Shown one piece after another: positions 1 through 10,250 of a DNA stretch of 64,000 nucleotides. The stretch spans positions 793,702-857,701 of the forward strand of contig JAUYID010000009.1 in the NCBI GenBank assembly GCA_030704665.1, given 5' to 3'. A program made the translations under genes and the position numbers. The stretch's first letter is position 1; every line of letters begins with the position of its first letter. Under the pieces are notes generated by a model. The model ran no database searches and was not told the origin of the DNA. It saw only the letters and a program-made list of their open reading frames with translations. This DNA comes from a bacterium (lineage in GTDB: Bacteria > Patescibacteriota > Microgenomatia > Woykebacterales > RBG-16-39-9b).

Positions 1-775
1 CCGGCTTGGGTGGTTTACCGTGCCAACGGTAGTCAAACTCTTCAAAATCAACCCCCTTGCCCGGAATAGTGTGAGCGATGATCATGACCGGTTTTTCGTA
101 AATCGCCTCGCCCATCCGAGCTGCGTCAATAATATCCTGCATATTGTGCCCATCAACCTCAATGACATGCCAATTGAAAGCAAAAAACTTCTCCGCCAAC
201 GGTTCTAGGGGCATGATCTCTTCTGTCATTCCGTCAATTTGAATGTTGTTGCGATCGACAATCGCGGTAAGATTGTTGATTTTGTTTTTTCCAGCAAAGA
301 GAATTGCTTCCCAGTTTTGTCCTTCGTCGAGCTCTCCATCACTCATCAAGTTGTAGACGAGGTATTTTTTGTTGTCCATTTTGGCCGCTAGTGCCATTCC
401 AATGGCTTGGGAAAGTCCTTGACCCAAAGGACCACCAGTGTTTTCAATACCTGGCAAAGAACCATAGTGGGGATGCCCCTGCAGGCGGGAATTTAACTTT
501 CTTAACGTTTTTAATTCTTCAATCGGAAAAAAACCACGGTGAGCAAGAGTCGCGTACCAAACCGGACAGATGTGACCATTGGAGAGAACAACACGGTCGC
601 GGTCAGGGTCATCCGGTTTGGACGGATCGATATTGAGGATTTCAAAGTAAAGGGCCGTAAAGACATCAGCCATTCCGAGCGGTCCAGCCGAGTGGCCCGA
701 ACCAGCCTCAACAAGCATTTTGATCAGCTCTTGTCTAATATCGTTCGCTTTGAGCTCAAGTTCTTGGACAGTCAT
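1..775 (-). CDS. tkt: Transketolase, N-terminal (TPP-binding) subunit; 3' end runs off the window
   Basis: Manual translation from ATG 775: MTVQELELKANDIRQELIKMLVEAGSGHSAGPLGMADVFTALYF; downstream LSNGH and SDGELDEG motifs; clustered with rpe/rpiB/gap. Absent from the ORF track because it is open-ended. Confidence 0.92.
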   Translation of the reverse strand, partial: MTVQELELKANDIRQELIKMLVEAGSGHSAGPLGMADVFTALYFEILNIDPSKPDDPDRDRVVLSNGHICPVWYATLAHRGFFPIEELKTLRKLNSRLQGHPHYGSLPGIENTGGPLGQGLSQAIGMALAAKMDNKKYLVYNLMSDGELDEGQNWEAILFAGKNKINNLTAIVDRNNIQIDGMTEEIMPLEPLAEKFFAFNWHVIEVDGHNMQDIIDAARMGEAIYEKPVMIIAHTIPGKGVDFEEFDYRWHGKPPKP

Positions 776-798
776 TACATTTTTATTTTAGCAGTTAG

Positions 799-1224
799 CT
801 ACTGAACTATGATAGTTCCCTTTTGACTTGAATTCAAATGGTTGTGATAGCCCCAAGTTCCAGTTTTCGTCAGTGTGATAGTTTTTGTTTCACCCGGATT
901 GATACTTCCTACGTTCAACTCGTTGTTGCCGGTATGAATTGGGTGGGGGTCACTGTCTAACTCAATAGTTTCGGCGCTTTCGTTGACAATTGTAACCGTA
1001 TCTCCAGACTTAACTGTAATCTCTACTGGACTAAAGCTTCCCCCAACAAAGGCAATCGTGTTTCCGGCATTTTCGTTTTGGGTAGGGTTTTGAGTATTGT
1101 TTTGAGCAGAATTAGTGGTCGTGTCCCCATTCTCACTAGACTTTTTACCAGTTCCCTTCAAAAGAAAGAAACCTAGCAAAGCGACAACTGAAACCACCGC
1201 GACAGCAATTAGCAAATTCTTCAA
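799..1224 (-). CDS. Membrane-anchored cupredoxin-fold protein (Cys-less variant)
   Basis: N-terminal TM helix; FSPVEITVKSGDTVTIVN...GTWGYHNHL plastocyanin-like pattern; TTG start preceded by GGAGGTGA. Confidence 0.75.
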   Translation of the reverse strand: MKNLLIAVAVVSVVALLGFFLLKGTGKKSSENGDTTTNSAQNNTQNPTQNENAGNTIAFVGGSFSPVEITVKSGDTVTIVNESAETIELDSDPHPIHTGNNELNVGSINPGETKTITLTKTGTWGYHNHLNSSQKGTIIVQ

Positions 1225-1296
1225 AGAAATTCACCTCCTCGGCTCTTTAGAGATACAGTGTGAAATCATAATCCAGAAAGGGGGTTTTGTCAAAAA

Positions 1297-1980
1297 TTAA
1301 CCAGCAGTGTCAGGCACTACATCGGCAACATCATCGACAAGGGCTTGGTAGGCGTTGGCTACTCTCTGCTCATAAGTCTCGCCAGGAATCGCCTCGCCCG
1401 CAAAAATAAACGAGCCGCTAGCCAGAATGTTGGCTCCCGTCTCGGCTAGCTTTCGGGCAATTCCTGGTTGCACCGCTCCATCCACTTCAATAGTAATATC
1501 GTTTCTCATTTCTCGCAGTTTTCGAATCTTGTTTAACGACGTGTGAACAAAATGTTGTCCGGAAAACCCAGGATGAACTGAAAGAACCAGAACAGTATCA
1601 ACTTTATCTATAAGGTGCTGCATTTTTTCTGCTCCTGTTTCGGGATTAAGTGAAAAACCAATTTCAACTTGATGTTGGCGTAAATGATTGATGATTCCGA
1701 TCGGATCCCGTACGGATTCAAAAGGAACGACGATTCGGGTGGGTCTCAGTTTGATAAAAGGGTCGATCCAGTCTTCAAGAAATTCCACCATGAGTTGAAT
1801 TTCAAAACGCAACGGGGTTCTGATCGAAGCGATATCTTTGGGTTTGACAGTTTGGTTGCGGGCGAACTTGTTGTCAACGATGTCAATCTGCACTTCATCT
1901 ACCAATTTTTCGACTGCCTTTATTTTTCGTAAATAATCCTCGACACGTTTTGAAAGAATTGCCGGCAAAATCTGGATCAT
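1297..1980 (-). CDS. rpe: Ribulose-phosphate 3-epimerase
   Basis: ILPAILS, QIDIVD, LSVHPGFSGQ, IEVDGAV, ASGSFIF motifs. Confidence 0.92.
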   Translation of the reverse strand: MIQILPAILSKRVEDYLRKIKAVEKLVDEVQIDIVDNKFARNQTVKPKDIASIRTPLRFEIQLMVEFLEDWIDPFIKLRPTRIVVPFESVRDPIGIINHLRQHQVEIGFSLNPETGAEKMQHLIDKVDTVLVLSVHPGFSGQHFVHTSLNKIRKLREMRNDITIEVDGAVQPGIARKLAETGANILASGSFIFAGEAIPGETYEQRVANAYQALVDDVADVVPDTAG

Positions 1981-2426
1981 TCTTTTTCCTCGATTTTTTC
2001 TATTTCCTCAAGTCGACGTTGGTGTCGACCGCCTTCAAAATCTTGTTTTAACCACTCCTCAACGATCTTCCTTGCCTCCTCCTCTTTGACGAAACCGGCC
2101 CCAATCGAAAGAACATTGGCATCGTTGTGCTCTCGGGAAAGTTTGACTACTTCGGGGTTCCCCCCGTAATAGACAACCGCCCGGATGTGGTCAACTTTGT
2201 TCGCCACCAAAGCTTCCCCTTCACCTGATTTACCAAAAATTATTCCCTTGGAGCCCGGGTTCTGAGCCACTTTTTCTGCAGCCGGGTAAATCAAATCAGG
2301 GTAATCATCCCCAGGGTTGAAACTCTCCGGACCGCAATCTTCAACTTCAAGATTTTTTGAGAGTAAATAATCTCGAATTTTGTTTTTCAGTTCAAACCCA
2401 GCGTGATCGCTGGCCAAATAAATCAT
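1977..2426 (-). CDS. rpiB: Ribose-5-phosphate isomerase B
   Basis: ASDHAGFELK, DYPD, SREHNDANVL, FEGGRHQRR. Confidence 0.93.
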   Translation of the reverse strand: MIYLASDHAGFELKNKIRDYLLSKNLEVEDCGPESFNPGDDYPDLIYPAAEKVAQNPGSKGIIFGKSGEGEALVANKVDHIRAVVYYGGNPEVVKLSREHNDANVLSIGAGFVKEEEARKIVEEWLKQDFEGGRHQRRLEEIEKIEEKE

Positions 2427-2429
2427 CGT

Positions 2430-3554
2430 TTAGCTTTTTGGTAGTTGCTCATTTGAATTGTTTTCAGCGGGCGGTTGGGACTGGCTGACAGCCTCCGAAA
2501 CCGGGGGTTGAGCGCTAGCTTCTGCGCCAGCCCCAGAACCTGCTTGAGCAACATTGATTACCTGCTCAACCAGCCGGTGTGAGTAGCCCCATTCGTTGTC
2601 GTACCAAGCAAAAACTTTGACCATATCCCCATCAACAACTTGGGTCAGTGCAAGATCCACAATCGAACTCTCAGTTCGACCAATGATATCCGAAGAAACG
2701 ATTGGCTCATTGGTCACCGCCAAAATTCCTTTGTACTTTGCTTGAGTGGACGCTTCAGTTAGGGCTTGGTTGACTTGCTCAACAGTTACTTTAGTTTTTA
2801 AGAGGAAAGTAAAATCAGAAATTGACCCGACCGGGGTCGGAACCCGGATACTCATCCCATCAAACAAACCTTTGAGTTCTGGAATAGCTTCGGTTGTTGC
2901 AATCGCCGCTCCGGTTGTTGTCGGGGTAATATTTTCCGCCGCGGCCCGAGCTCGGCGCAAATCTTTGTGGGGGCCGTCTTGCAAATTCTGATCAGCGGTA
3001 TAGCTGTGGACCGTAGTCATCATTGCTTTCGCTATGCCAAATTTACTGTGGATAACGGCTGCCACCGGAGCAATACAGTTGGTGGTACAAGAAGCGTTGT
3101 TGATGATTTTTTCTTCCGGTCTGTAAGTCTCATCGTTAACCCCCATCAAATAGGTTCCAACCTTACCTCCTTTGGCCGGAGCAGAAATAACAACTTTTTT
3201 CGCTCCAGCTTTTAAGTGCTGAGCCGAACCTTCATAGTCGGTAAAGCGTCCAGTGGACTCGATGACGATATCAACCCCGAGGCTGGACCAAGGTAGTTTG
3301 GCTGGGTCTTTTTCTGCAAAAATTTCGTAGGCCCGCCCATCAACGATAATGTGCTTTTCATCGCTACCAATTTCGCGCCCGTATTGGCCATAGGCAGTAT
3401 CGTATTTGAGAAGATGGGACAAAGTCCTAGCATCGGTCAAATCATTGATGCCAACTACTTCTGCTTCTGAAGAATGTTCGTCGAGGATTATTTTAAAAGC
3501 GTTGCGGCCAATGCGACCGAAACCGTTGATTGCTACCTTGATCATACTAGGCAT
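2430..3554 (-). CDS. gap: Type I glyceraldehyde-3-phosphate dehydrogenase with low-complexity C-terminal tail
   Basis: INGFGRIGR, ASCTTNC, WYDNEWGYS. Confidence 0.97.
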   Translation of the reverse strand: MPSMIKVAINGFGRIGRNAFKIILDEHSSEAEVVGINDLTDARTLSHLLKYDTAYGQYGREIGSDEKHIIVDGRAYEIFAEKDPAKLPWSSLGVDIVIESTGRFTDYEGSAQHLKAGAKKVVISAPAKGGKVGTYLMGVNDETYRPEEKIINNASCTTNCIAPVAAVIHSKFGIAKAMMTTVHSYTADQNLQDGPHKDLRRARAAAENITPTTTGAAIATTEAIPELKGLFDGMSIRVPTPVGSISDFTFLLKTKVTVEQVNQALTEASTQAKYKGILAVTNEPIVSSDIIGRTESSIVDLALTQVVDGDMVKVFAWYDNEWGYSHRLVEQVINVAQAGSGAGAEASAQPPVSEAVSQSQPPAENNSNEQLPKS

Positions 3555-3648
3555 GCTCCTTTTCGCCTCAATTCGCTGATACTTGTCGCGACGAGGCAGG
3601 TATCTATTTTAATCTGGCTTTGTTTTATTATACACTCGGAAAACCCTT

Positions 3649-4014
3649 CTAACCAGCCTCTTGTAGAACGTGGTTAATTAACCCCGGCAACCCCCTTGCC
3701 AGGGAATAATAGACCACTTTTTTCTTTCTTTTGGCACTCACCAAGTTGTAGTCTTTTAACAATCTTAATTGATGGGAAACCGCCGAAATATTTAGTCTGA
3801 CCACGTCTGCCAGATCTCCAACACAGAGCGAGTCTTTTTTCCAGAGCACCAAAAGAAGTTGCAGCCTAGTTTCTGAATTTAGTAAATTGATCCACTCTGC
3901 AGATTCTTTAATTTTTGAACTGAAAATTTCCTTTTGCAAACTTTGGAGGGTAGAGGGGGGAGAGCTATGGGGCTTCGTTCCAAAAGTCCGGGCGGGTTTA
4001 ACAATTTTTCTCAT
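3649..4014 (-). CDS. ArsR/SmtB family transcriptional regulator
   Basis: RLQLL...LCVGDLA...SAVSHQLRLLK...VYYSL winged helix. Confidence 0.88.
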   Translation of the reverse strand: MRKIVKPARTFGTKPHSSPPSTLQSLQKEIFSSKIKESAEWINLLNSETRLQLLLVLWKKDSLCVGDLADVVRLNISAVSHQLRLLKDYNLVSAKRKKKVVYYSLARGLPGLINHVLQEAG

Positions 4015-4103
4015 CTTTAATTATTATAGTTGAATGTTTATTCAAATGACAGTGGGGAAGAGTGCTAAGTTAAAGTTTTTTTAATAGTGAATTTAATTTG
4101 TGT

Positions 4104-5033
4104 TTAACCGACAGGAACTACCTTGACTCCAACCAAGTCGGGGAAGCTCTTCGTGCGCCAGTCCAAATCCCCAACCCCCTCACCTTTTATCCCACTGCTT
4201 GGTTGGGTCGGATCCTTGCGCAGCTGTTCCAACCCAACTTCTGCCGCCACGCTCTCTATATCAACAGTAGTTGGGACCACGAGTCGATATTCTTCCTTAC
4301 CCTCCGGGTTGAACAAGGCCAGTTCAATCTTTCCATCTGTCTGGCTGAATTTGGCATCAATTCTCAAGCCGTTCAGGGTGTAGCTTTTTCCTTCCCCAAG
4401 ATCAGCTAAAAATTCTTCCAGGCTTCCAAACAAACCGCCTTTTGGGTCCTGGTCAATCAGTGCAAGATCACCCGTTCCACCCATCACAAAGGGTTGTAGG
4501 TAATCTAGCTTTCCGTTCGGTGCGTATTCAAAGTAAAGTTGGCTGCCCCACTCCCCCGCTGGCGCACCAGGAGAAGCGGCTTCTCCTTTTATATTATGCA
4601 AACCATAGTTTAATCTAAATCCCCCATTTTCCTCGAGAAATTCCAAAGTTTCAAACTCTTGCTTTGAAGCAAATCCATATCTACCCAAGACTGCTCGACC
4701 GTATTTAGTAAAAGAATAATTTTTTCCATCGTTATTTTCTTCCGAGCGAAACCAACTGGTTAACGTAAAACCAATTCTATCGTTTTCAGTCCTGACTGCC
4801 TGGTAATAACGCCGACTAGCTGCGTAAGTTCCTTCGACACTGGTATCATCAAGAGCAACAAAAAGGTTTTCTTTTTCTAGAGCTTTAACTTTAAAGTTCT
4901 CATCTACTGGCGCTATTACATTCTGAACATAGGTTTCAAATTTATCTTCAATTTCGGTTTTCCCCTTGTCTTCTTTGTTTCCGGCTTGGGAGATACCCAT
5001 TTCCTCAGGACTTGGTCCGTCAAGTTCGCTCAT
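4104..5033 (-). CDS. Hypothetical protein with N-terminal GPSPEEMG motif
   Basis: 309-aa ORF; TATAGT-7nt-ATG start; no recognisable domain. Confidence 0.75.
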   Translation of the reverse strand: MSELDGPSPEEMGISQAGNKEDKGKTEIEDKFETYVQNVIAPVDENFKVKALEKENLFVALDDTSVEGTYAASRRYYQAVRTENDRIGFTLTSWFRSEENNDGKNYSFTKYGRAVLGRYGFASKQEFETLEFLEENGGFRLNYGLHNIKGEAASPGAPAGEWGSQLYFEYAPNGKLDYLQPFVMGGTGDLALIDQDPKGGLFGSLEEFLADLGEGKSYTLNGLRIDAKFSQTDGKIELALFNPEGKEEYRLVVPTTVDIESVAAEVGLEQLRKDPTQPSSGIKGEGVGDLDWRTKSFPDLVGVKVVPVG

Positions 5034-5066
5034 AGTTTTAACTATACCCTAAGTTTAGAATTTTAA

Positions 5067-6182
5067 TCAAAAAGACACCGGGGCAAGGAAAAGAACCTGC
5101 TGCAATCTTTCCAGAGCAATGATATTGGAGCCAAACTCAACGTTTTGCCCGACCAGATTGTAAAAATTGTTTGAGTCGCTGCCTGCTTTTCCTCCGAGAA
5201 TGTCTTGCAAAATTTCCAAGCTAGAAGCTCTTGACACTACCTTTTCTGGCTCTACAAAATCCGGTTTTTGATTTATTTTGTCCAGATCCATTTGGAAACT
5301 TAGCTGAACTCTTTGCTTTGGGTCCTTAAAAAATGGATTCACTCCCAAATCGTTTAGAACTTTGACCGGAATCTCGGACCGAAAACTAGCTGAGACCAAA
5401 AAGCCGCTCTTTTCCTCAACGACCAAAACCAAGTGGCTGTTTTTGGCCTCGATTTTAGCAGAAAAAAACTCATCGACTGTTTCCGGACGTAAGTCTGTTG
5501 AAAATTGGAGGTAGTTTTGACCATCCTTTCTGACGACTTCTCTCTTTAACGAGCGAAAACGAAGCTCAGAACTTTTTAGTCCCTCCTGAAGAAATCTTTT
5601 TACCTCTTTTCTTAGCTCCTCGTCGCTTTTTACTTCAGCTTGCAGACTGCTCGCCAAATCGTCCACGTCAAGGGCATACCAACGGCCATAAATCCTAGCA
5701 AGATCCAAACCAAAAAGGGGTTGGAAAAAATCAACCTTGAAAAAAAGTTTACTTTCTTTTTCCAAACTTTCCAAATTGATCAACTTGATTCCTTCTTTTG
5801 GACCCGCAGTTCCGACAAGCCTTGCTTGATATGTTTTCTCCTGACTTTTGTCAAACGCTCCCTCGAAGTTTAAATGCAGGGCTGTCTGGCCGTTTTGTGA
5901 GAGCACCAAGTCTACGTTTTCTCGAGCTGAAGTCAGTTTGGAGTTTTTGTAAAAGGCAGTTTTCAAAACTTGGTTATTGGTTTTGGGTATTAGTGGAAGA
6001 GATCCGAGAGCGACATCTACTCGATTCACCAATCCTTCCGAAACAAACCAAGGCCGCAGCTCACTGTAACTGACAAAAAGCAAAAAAGTAACTATTCCCG
6101 CAACTACTAGCAAAGCTATTTTTACTACTTTTCCTGATTTTAACTTTGACTTTGGAAGTATTTCTTCTTTTTTCTTAGACAT
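5067..6182 (-). CDS. Membrane-anchored hypothetical protein
   Basis: 371-aa ORF with one N-terminal TM helix; abuts the upstream PAP2 gene. Confidence 0.75.
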   Translation of the reverse strand: MSKKKEEILPKSKLKSGKVVKIALLVVAGIVTFLLFVSYSELRPWFVSEGLVNRVDVALGSLPLIPKTNNQVLKTAFYKNSKLTSARENVDLVLSQNGQTALHLNFEGAFDKSQEKTYQARLVGTAGPKEGIKLINLESLEKESKLFFKVDFFQPLFGLDLARIYGRWYALDVDDLASSLQAEVKSDEELRKEVKRFLQEGLKSSELRFRSLKREVVRKDGQNYLQFSTDLRPETVDEFFSAKIEAKNSHLVLVVEEKSGFLVSASFRSEIPVKVLNDLGVNPFFKDPKQRVQLSFQMDLDKINQKPDFVEPEKVVSRASSLEILQDILGGKAGSDSNNFYNLVGQNVEFGSNIIALERLQQVLFLAPVSF

Positions 6183-6183
6183 T

Positions 6184-6750
6184 TTAATGTAAGGGCTCCA
6201 AGCGCAGAAATTGCAAAACTTTTAGTAACGTCTTTGTCAAAAGATTCACCGCCTCAACTCGGGCGATCACCAGAGTAAAGACAGCTCCAATCAAGGCTCC
6301 GGCCAAAACATCACTTGGGTAGTGCACTCCAACAATTACTCTTGCTAAGGAGTAAGTCAGGGCCAAAAGTAGGCTCAGGGAGCCCAAACGCTTGTTGGTA
6401 AGCCAGATAGCTGTAGCGAGAGCAAAAGCAACTGCGGATGCGTTGGAAGGAAAAGAGGAATCGGTTGGTTTGTAGTAAAGTAAGTGAGTTGGGATTTCGA
6501 GAAAGGGACGAGCGCGAAAGTAGTTCAAGTTAATTATTTTTATCAGCAAATTACTTCCCCCAACTGCAAGCGTGGCCACCAACGCTAAATTTTTCTCTTT
6601 TTTTTCTCCTAACAGCCAGAGATAAAAAAGGGTTAGAGCTAGAGAGACCGGAACAAAGTATTCATTGACCAAGAAGCGTAAAACTGGCTGTAAAACAGCT
6701 AGCTCTGAAAAAGAATTCAAAAACGAAAAAACTTCTTTGTCTAAAGCCAT
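6184..6750 (-). CDS. PAP2 family phosphatase (undecaprenyl-diphosphatase-like)
   Basis: KxxxxxxxxRARP, SFPSNA, ARVIVGVHYPSDV motifs; hydrophobic. Confidence 0.88.
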   Translation of the reverse strand: MALDKEVFSFLNSFSELAVLQPVLRFLVNEYFVPVSLALTLFYLWLLGEKKEKNLALVATLAVGGSNLLIKIINLNYFRARPFLEIPTHLLYYKPTDSSFPSNASAVAFALATAIWLTNKRLGSLSLLLALTYSLARVIVGVHYPSDVLAGALIGAVFTLVIARVEAVNLLTKTLLKVLQFLRLEPLH

Positions 6751-7040
6751 TTTCTTTTTAGCCTCCCCAAAATCAAGCTAGTAAACAAAGAGGTCAGCGC
6801 GCCAAGACCAAAAATAAAGAAGAGCTGGGCACCTTCAACGACCGTGTGAACATTCCTGTCTTTGGAAAAGAAAAACCAAAAGTAAGTAGCAGCGAGAAGA
6901 ATTGTTCCCAATTTTAGGGCCAGCCCCTCTGACAAAAAACTAAATCTTGCCTTTGGTAGACAAGCGGCAGCGAGAAGAATCACCCCAAGGCCGGAAAAGA
7001 AGCTAAAAAGAAAGTAATCAATGACAAAAATCTGGTCCAT
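6741..7040 (-). CDS. Small membrane protein
   Basis: Three hydrophobic segments; overlaps the PAP2 start. Confidence 0.65.
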   Translation of the reverse strand: MDQIFVIDYFLFSFFSGLGVILLAAACLPKARFSFLSEGLALKLGTILLAATYFWFFFSKDRNVHTVVEGAQLFFIFGLGALTSLFTSLILGRLKRKWL

Positions 7041-7060
7041 TTTTTGGAGTTTACTTTAAA

Positions 7061-7288
7061 TTAACTGCCTTGTGAAGTTGAAGAACCTTTTCTTCCCCAA
7101 GCAATTTGGTTCCAAACTCTTTCGTGAACGAAATACAGGGCGAAGCCGAGAACAAGTTTGGCAACGGCAAACTTCGAAGCAAAATCAAACTCTCTAGTGA
7201 TAAGGTAAGCCAGAGAAAAGTCGGTCAAAAAGATGATGCTTCGCCAAGAAACGGATTTTAAAATGGAACGGGTCGAGGTTTCGTGCAT
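7061..7288 (-). CDS. DUF2061-like small membrane protein
   Basis: ETxxRSILKSVSWR...YFVHERVWNQIAWG signature. Confidence 0.8.
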   Translation of the reverse strand: MHETSTRSILKSVSWRSIIFLTDFSLAYLITREFDFASKFAVAKLVLGFALYFVHERVWNQIAWGRKGSSTSQGS

Positions 7289-7290
7289 AA

Positions 7291-8919
7291 TCAGCGGTTA
7301 ACTTGTTCTTTGTCGGCAACTAAGTGCTTCATTGAGTACTCGTCGCGCAAAAGCTTTTTTAATTGTTCCAAGCTGACACCGGTTTTTTTGCCTGGGTTTA
7401 AGATTCCATGAGGATCAAAGATTTTTTTGACACGCTCAAAAAGTCGGTACATTTCTTCTCCGTACAATTCTTTCAACCAGGGTGAGCGCATCAAGCCATC
7501 ATTGTGTTCACCCGAAGTCGTCCCACCCAATTCAATCACCATTTTGTAAAAATCATCCGTCAGATCAAAAATTTTCTTTCGATCTTTTTCACTACTCAAA
7601 TTCATAAAAGGTTGCATATGGAGATCGGCATCTCCGGCGTGTCCCCAAACTGCAATTTGCAGGTCGTATTTTTTAAAGAGTTCGTAGGCTTTCTCAAAAA
7701 AATCAGGTAGCAAGGCGGCATTGACCGTGCCGTCTTCTATAATAGGTAGGGCTTTCGCTACCCCCGGTATTGTCCACATCACTGCCGCAGCACTTCTGCG
7801 CAGTTTCCAGAGTCTAGCTTGATCCTCCGGTTTTTCTTTTTCGACCCAGTGATAGGTGTGTTTTTCCAAAATAGTTTTCGCCGCTTTGACTTTTTTCTTG
7901 ATCAGCCCAGGCTCCGGATCATCAAATTCGGCGAGCAGGACAATCGAGGGTAGTTCAGCCGGAACTAGACCAACTAATAAATCAGGATTCTGTTCGTTGA
8001 CAAGCATGATCAAGTTTTTGTCGACGATCTCAAGAGCACTTGGTTTGAGGTGGAGCAGTTTCAGGGTTGCGGCCCCAGCTTCATGAATGTCGCGAAAGTA
8101 ACCAACCAAAAGAGCCACTTTTTGAGGCACTGGAGCAGTCTTTAAAGTGATTTCGGTGATAATACCCAGCGTTCCTTGCGAGCCGGTGAGCAGTTGCCCG
8201 AGATCAAAACGGTTGTAGCGGTCAACCTCAGCAAGAGCATAGCCAGTAGAATTTTTGCTGACATGTGGACGGGTCTCCTTGATCAATTCCCAGTTGTGAA
8301 CAAGCAGATCGTCGAGCGCTCGATAGATATCTCCTTCAAAATTTTCTTGCCTTTTTTTGGCTCCAACCTCATAGCCATTTAAAGGAGCAGTTTGAACCAA
8401 CTCCCCGTTGGCCAAAACAACTTTGAGTGATTCAACATATTTTCTGGTCGCACCGTACTTGACTGTCTTTTCCCCAGCCGAGTTGTTCGCTACTGCCCCA
8501 CCAACCGTACAGAGCTCAATTGAGGCTGGGTAGGGTGGTAAATAACGGCCAAGTTTTTTCAAACCCGCTTGAAGTTCTCCATAGCGCACTCCCGGCTCGA
8601 CTCGAACAAAATCAGGACCCACTTCAAGGATGTGATTCATGTAACGGGTCGTATCAAGAATGGCCCCGTCGTTGAGTGGGCCTCCGGCTTGATCAGTACC
8701 TTTACCTCTAGGGGTAACAGAAATTTTGTGCCCTGCCCTCGCCAGCTCATTGACATAGCGAACTAAGTTTTGGATGTCCAGGGTGTCTTTCGGGTAAACG
8801 ACTACTTCTGGTTTGATCTGAAAAATACTTCCGTCAGTGGAATAGTAGTCTAAAATATCGTGGGAGTGCTCGACATCGCCTTTGAGGATATCTTTCAGTT
8901 TTTCGAGGTAGGCAGTCAT
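7291..8919 (-). CDS. FAD-binding oxidoreductase (GlcD/D-lactate dehydrogenase-like)
   Basis: PRGKGT, TVGGAVANNSAG, GSQGTLGIITE, GHAGDADLH, SGEHNDG, FDPHGILNPGK. Confidence 0.88.
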   Translation of the reverse strand: MTAYLEKLKDILKGDVEHSHDILDYYSTDGSIFQIKPEVVVYPKDTLDIQNLVRYVNELARAGHKISVTPRGKGTDQAGGPLNDGAILDTTRYMNHILEVGPDFVRVEPGVRYGELQAGLKKLGRYLPPYPASIELCTVGGAVANNSAGEKTVKYGATRKYVESLKVVLANGELVQTAPLNGYEVGAKKRQENFEGDIYRALDDLLVHNWELIKETRPHVSKNSTGYALAEVDRYNRFDLGQLLTGSQGTLGIITEITLKTAPVPQKVALLVGYFRDIHEAGAATLKLLHLKPSALEIVDKNLIMLVNEQNPDLLVGLVPAELPSIVLLAEFDDPEPGLIKKKVKAAKTILEKHTYHWVEKEKPEDQARLWKLRRSAAAVMWTIPGVAKALPIIEDGTVNAALLPDFFEKAYELFKKYDLQIAVWGHAGDADLHMQPFMNLSSEKDRKKIFDLTDDFYKMVIELGGTTSGEHNDGLMRSPWLKELYGEEMYRLFERVKKIFDPHGILNPGKKTGVSLEQLKKLLRDEYSMKHLVADKEQVNR

Positions 8920-8961
8920 CTGATTTTAGTATAGCAGTAGCGGTCAGGCAGCTGCAACGCT

Positions 8962-10236
8962 TCAGGGGCTGATAACGAGATAAAAATCAGAGACATTTGA
9001 CTCCAGTAATCCAGTCTCAAGACTGTCCCCTAGTCTTTGGAAAAATTCAAAAGAATCGGCTCGGGCAAGAAACTCATCCGGGTTCAATCCTAAGTCCTCA
9101 GCTCGTTTTAACGAAGTTTCATCTCCGACTGCTCCGGCAGAATCAGAGTGATCGTGACCATCGCTTGCTGCCGCAATGATGACTTGGCCCTCTTTAATAT
9201 TTTTTAGGTTAGCCAAAACTAGATGTTGGTTGCGTCCTCCCACTCCGGCAGCAGCCACTTCAACACTACTCTCACCACTAGCCAGTAGTACTTCTCCGGC
9301 TTGAGCGCTGTTAAGTAATTTCAAGCCTAATTCCCCTGCTTCACCCTCCAAATCCGTTCCCAAAATTTTTATTTTCCAACCTAGTTCCCCGGCCTTGCGG
9401 GCCATCGCGCCGACGACACTGGCCGGGTCTTGCATGATTATGTTGCTGACTTTCTCAAAATACTTTTCTTCTTTTGGTGTTTCGGAAAATTCCAGTCCCT
9501 CCAATTTCAATTTATCCCAGACCCCGCGTTTTTTTAATATCTTTTCTGCTTCCTCAGAAGTCGACTGATCCAAAACCGTGGCTCCCGAAGCAATAGTAGA
9601 AAGATCGTTCCCCGGTACATCGGAAAAAATCAAAGAGACTATTTTTGCTCGGTAAGCAAGTTTAGCCAGTCGACCTCCCTTTATCTCCGAGAGGTGTTTT
9701 CTGACGACATTGAGCTGCCGGATATCAGCTTCTGCCTCCATCAAGGCTTTTGAGATCTCGGCTTTTCTCTCAACTGAAATTTTGTAAGGAGCAGTCATCA
9801 GAGCTGATCCTCCCCCAGCAATAACAAAAAGGACTAGGCTTTTTTCATTACTTTCTTTGAGTAGTTGAATGATTTTCTCGGTTGCGGCTACATTTTTTTC
9901 ACTCGGTTCGGGATGAGTTCCAGCGAAAGGTTGAACTTTCTTTAGCGCACCGACCCGGACATCAATAACTACCCCATCCTTCAATCTGTCTTCAAGTAAA
10001 TTTTCTAGTTCGACCACCGCGTCAAAAGAACCTTTGCCAATACCGAATAAATAAATATATTCTTAATCGTTTAAATTGAGGGTCTCGCTTTTTATCTTGA
10101 GTAAGTCTCCCTCCAACCGCACGTTTTTTTTGATGACGTCTTTGGTCCGAACTCCTTCGAAACCTGCTTCGATGATTTCCAGTGCAGTTTTTCGGATCCG
10201 AGTAGTGGCCAAAGAAGAAAAGTTTTTGATAATCAT
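8962..10236 (-). pseudogene. Glycerate 2-kinase (DUF4147/MOFRL) interrupted by an in-frame TAA at 10063-10065
   Basis: ORFs 10063..10344 and 8962..10017 share a frame; read-through gives ...LNLND*EYIYLFGIGKGS...; motifs HPEP, GGGSAL, IKGGRLA, SDVPGND, GGRNQH. Confidence 0.85.
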
Positions 10237-10250
10237 TTTCCGGCTAAAAA

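Noticed and set aside
20-805. Short ORFs 20-208, 304-636, 511-714 and 539-805
   Set aside because: Antisense or off-frame shadows of the transketolase gene; the same applies to most short ORFs overlapping long genes in the track.
10063-10065. Stop-codon reassignment (alternative genetic code)
   Set aside because: The codon is TAA, which terminates many genes here; TGA and TAG also act as stops and conserved genes are uninterrupted.
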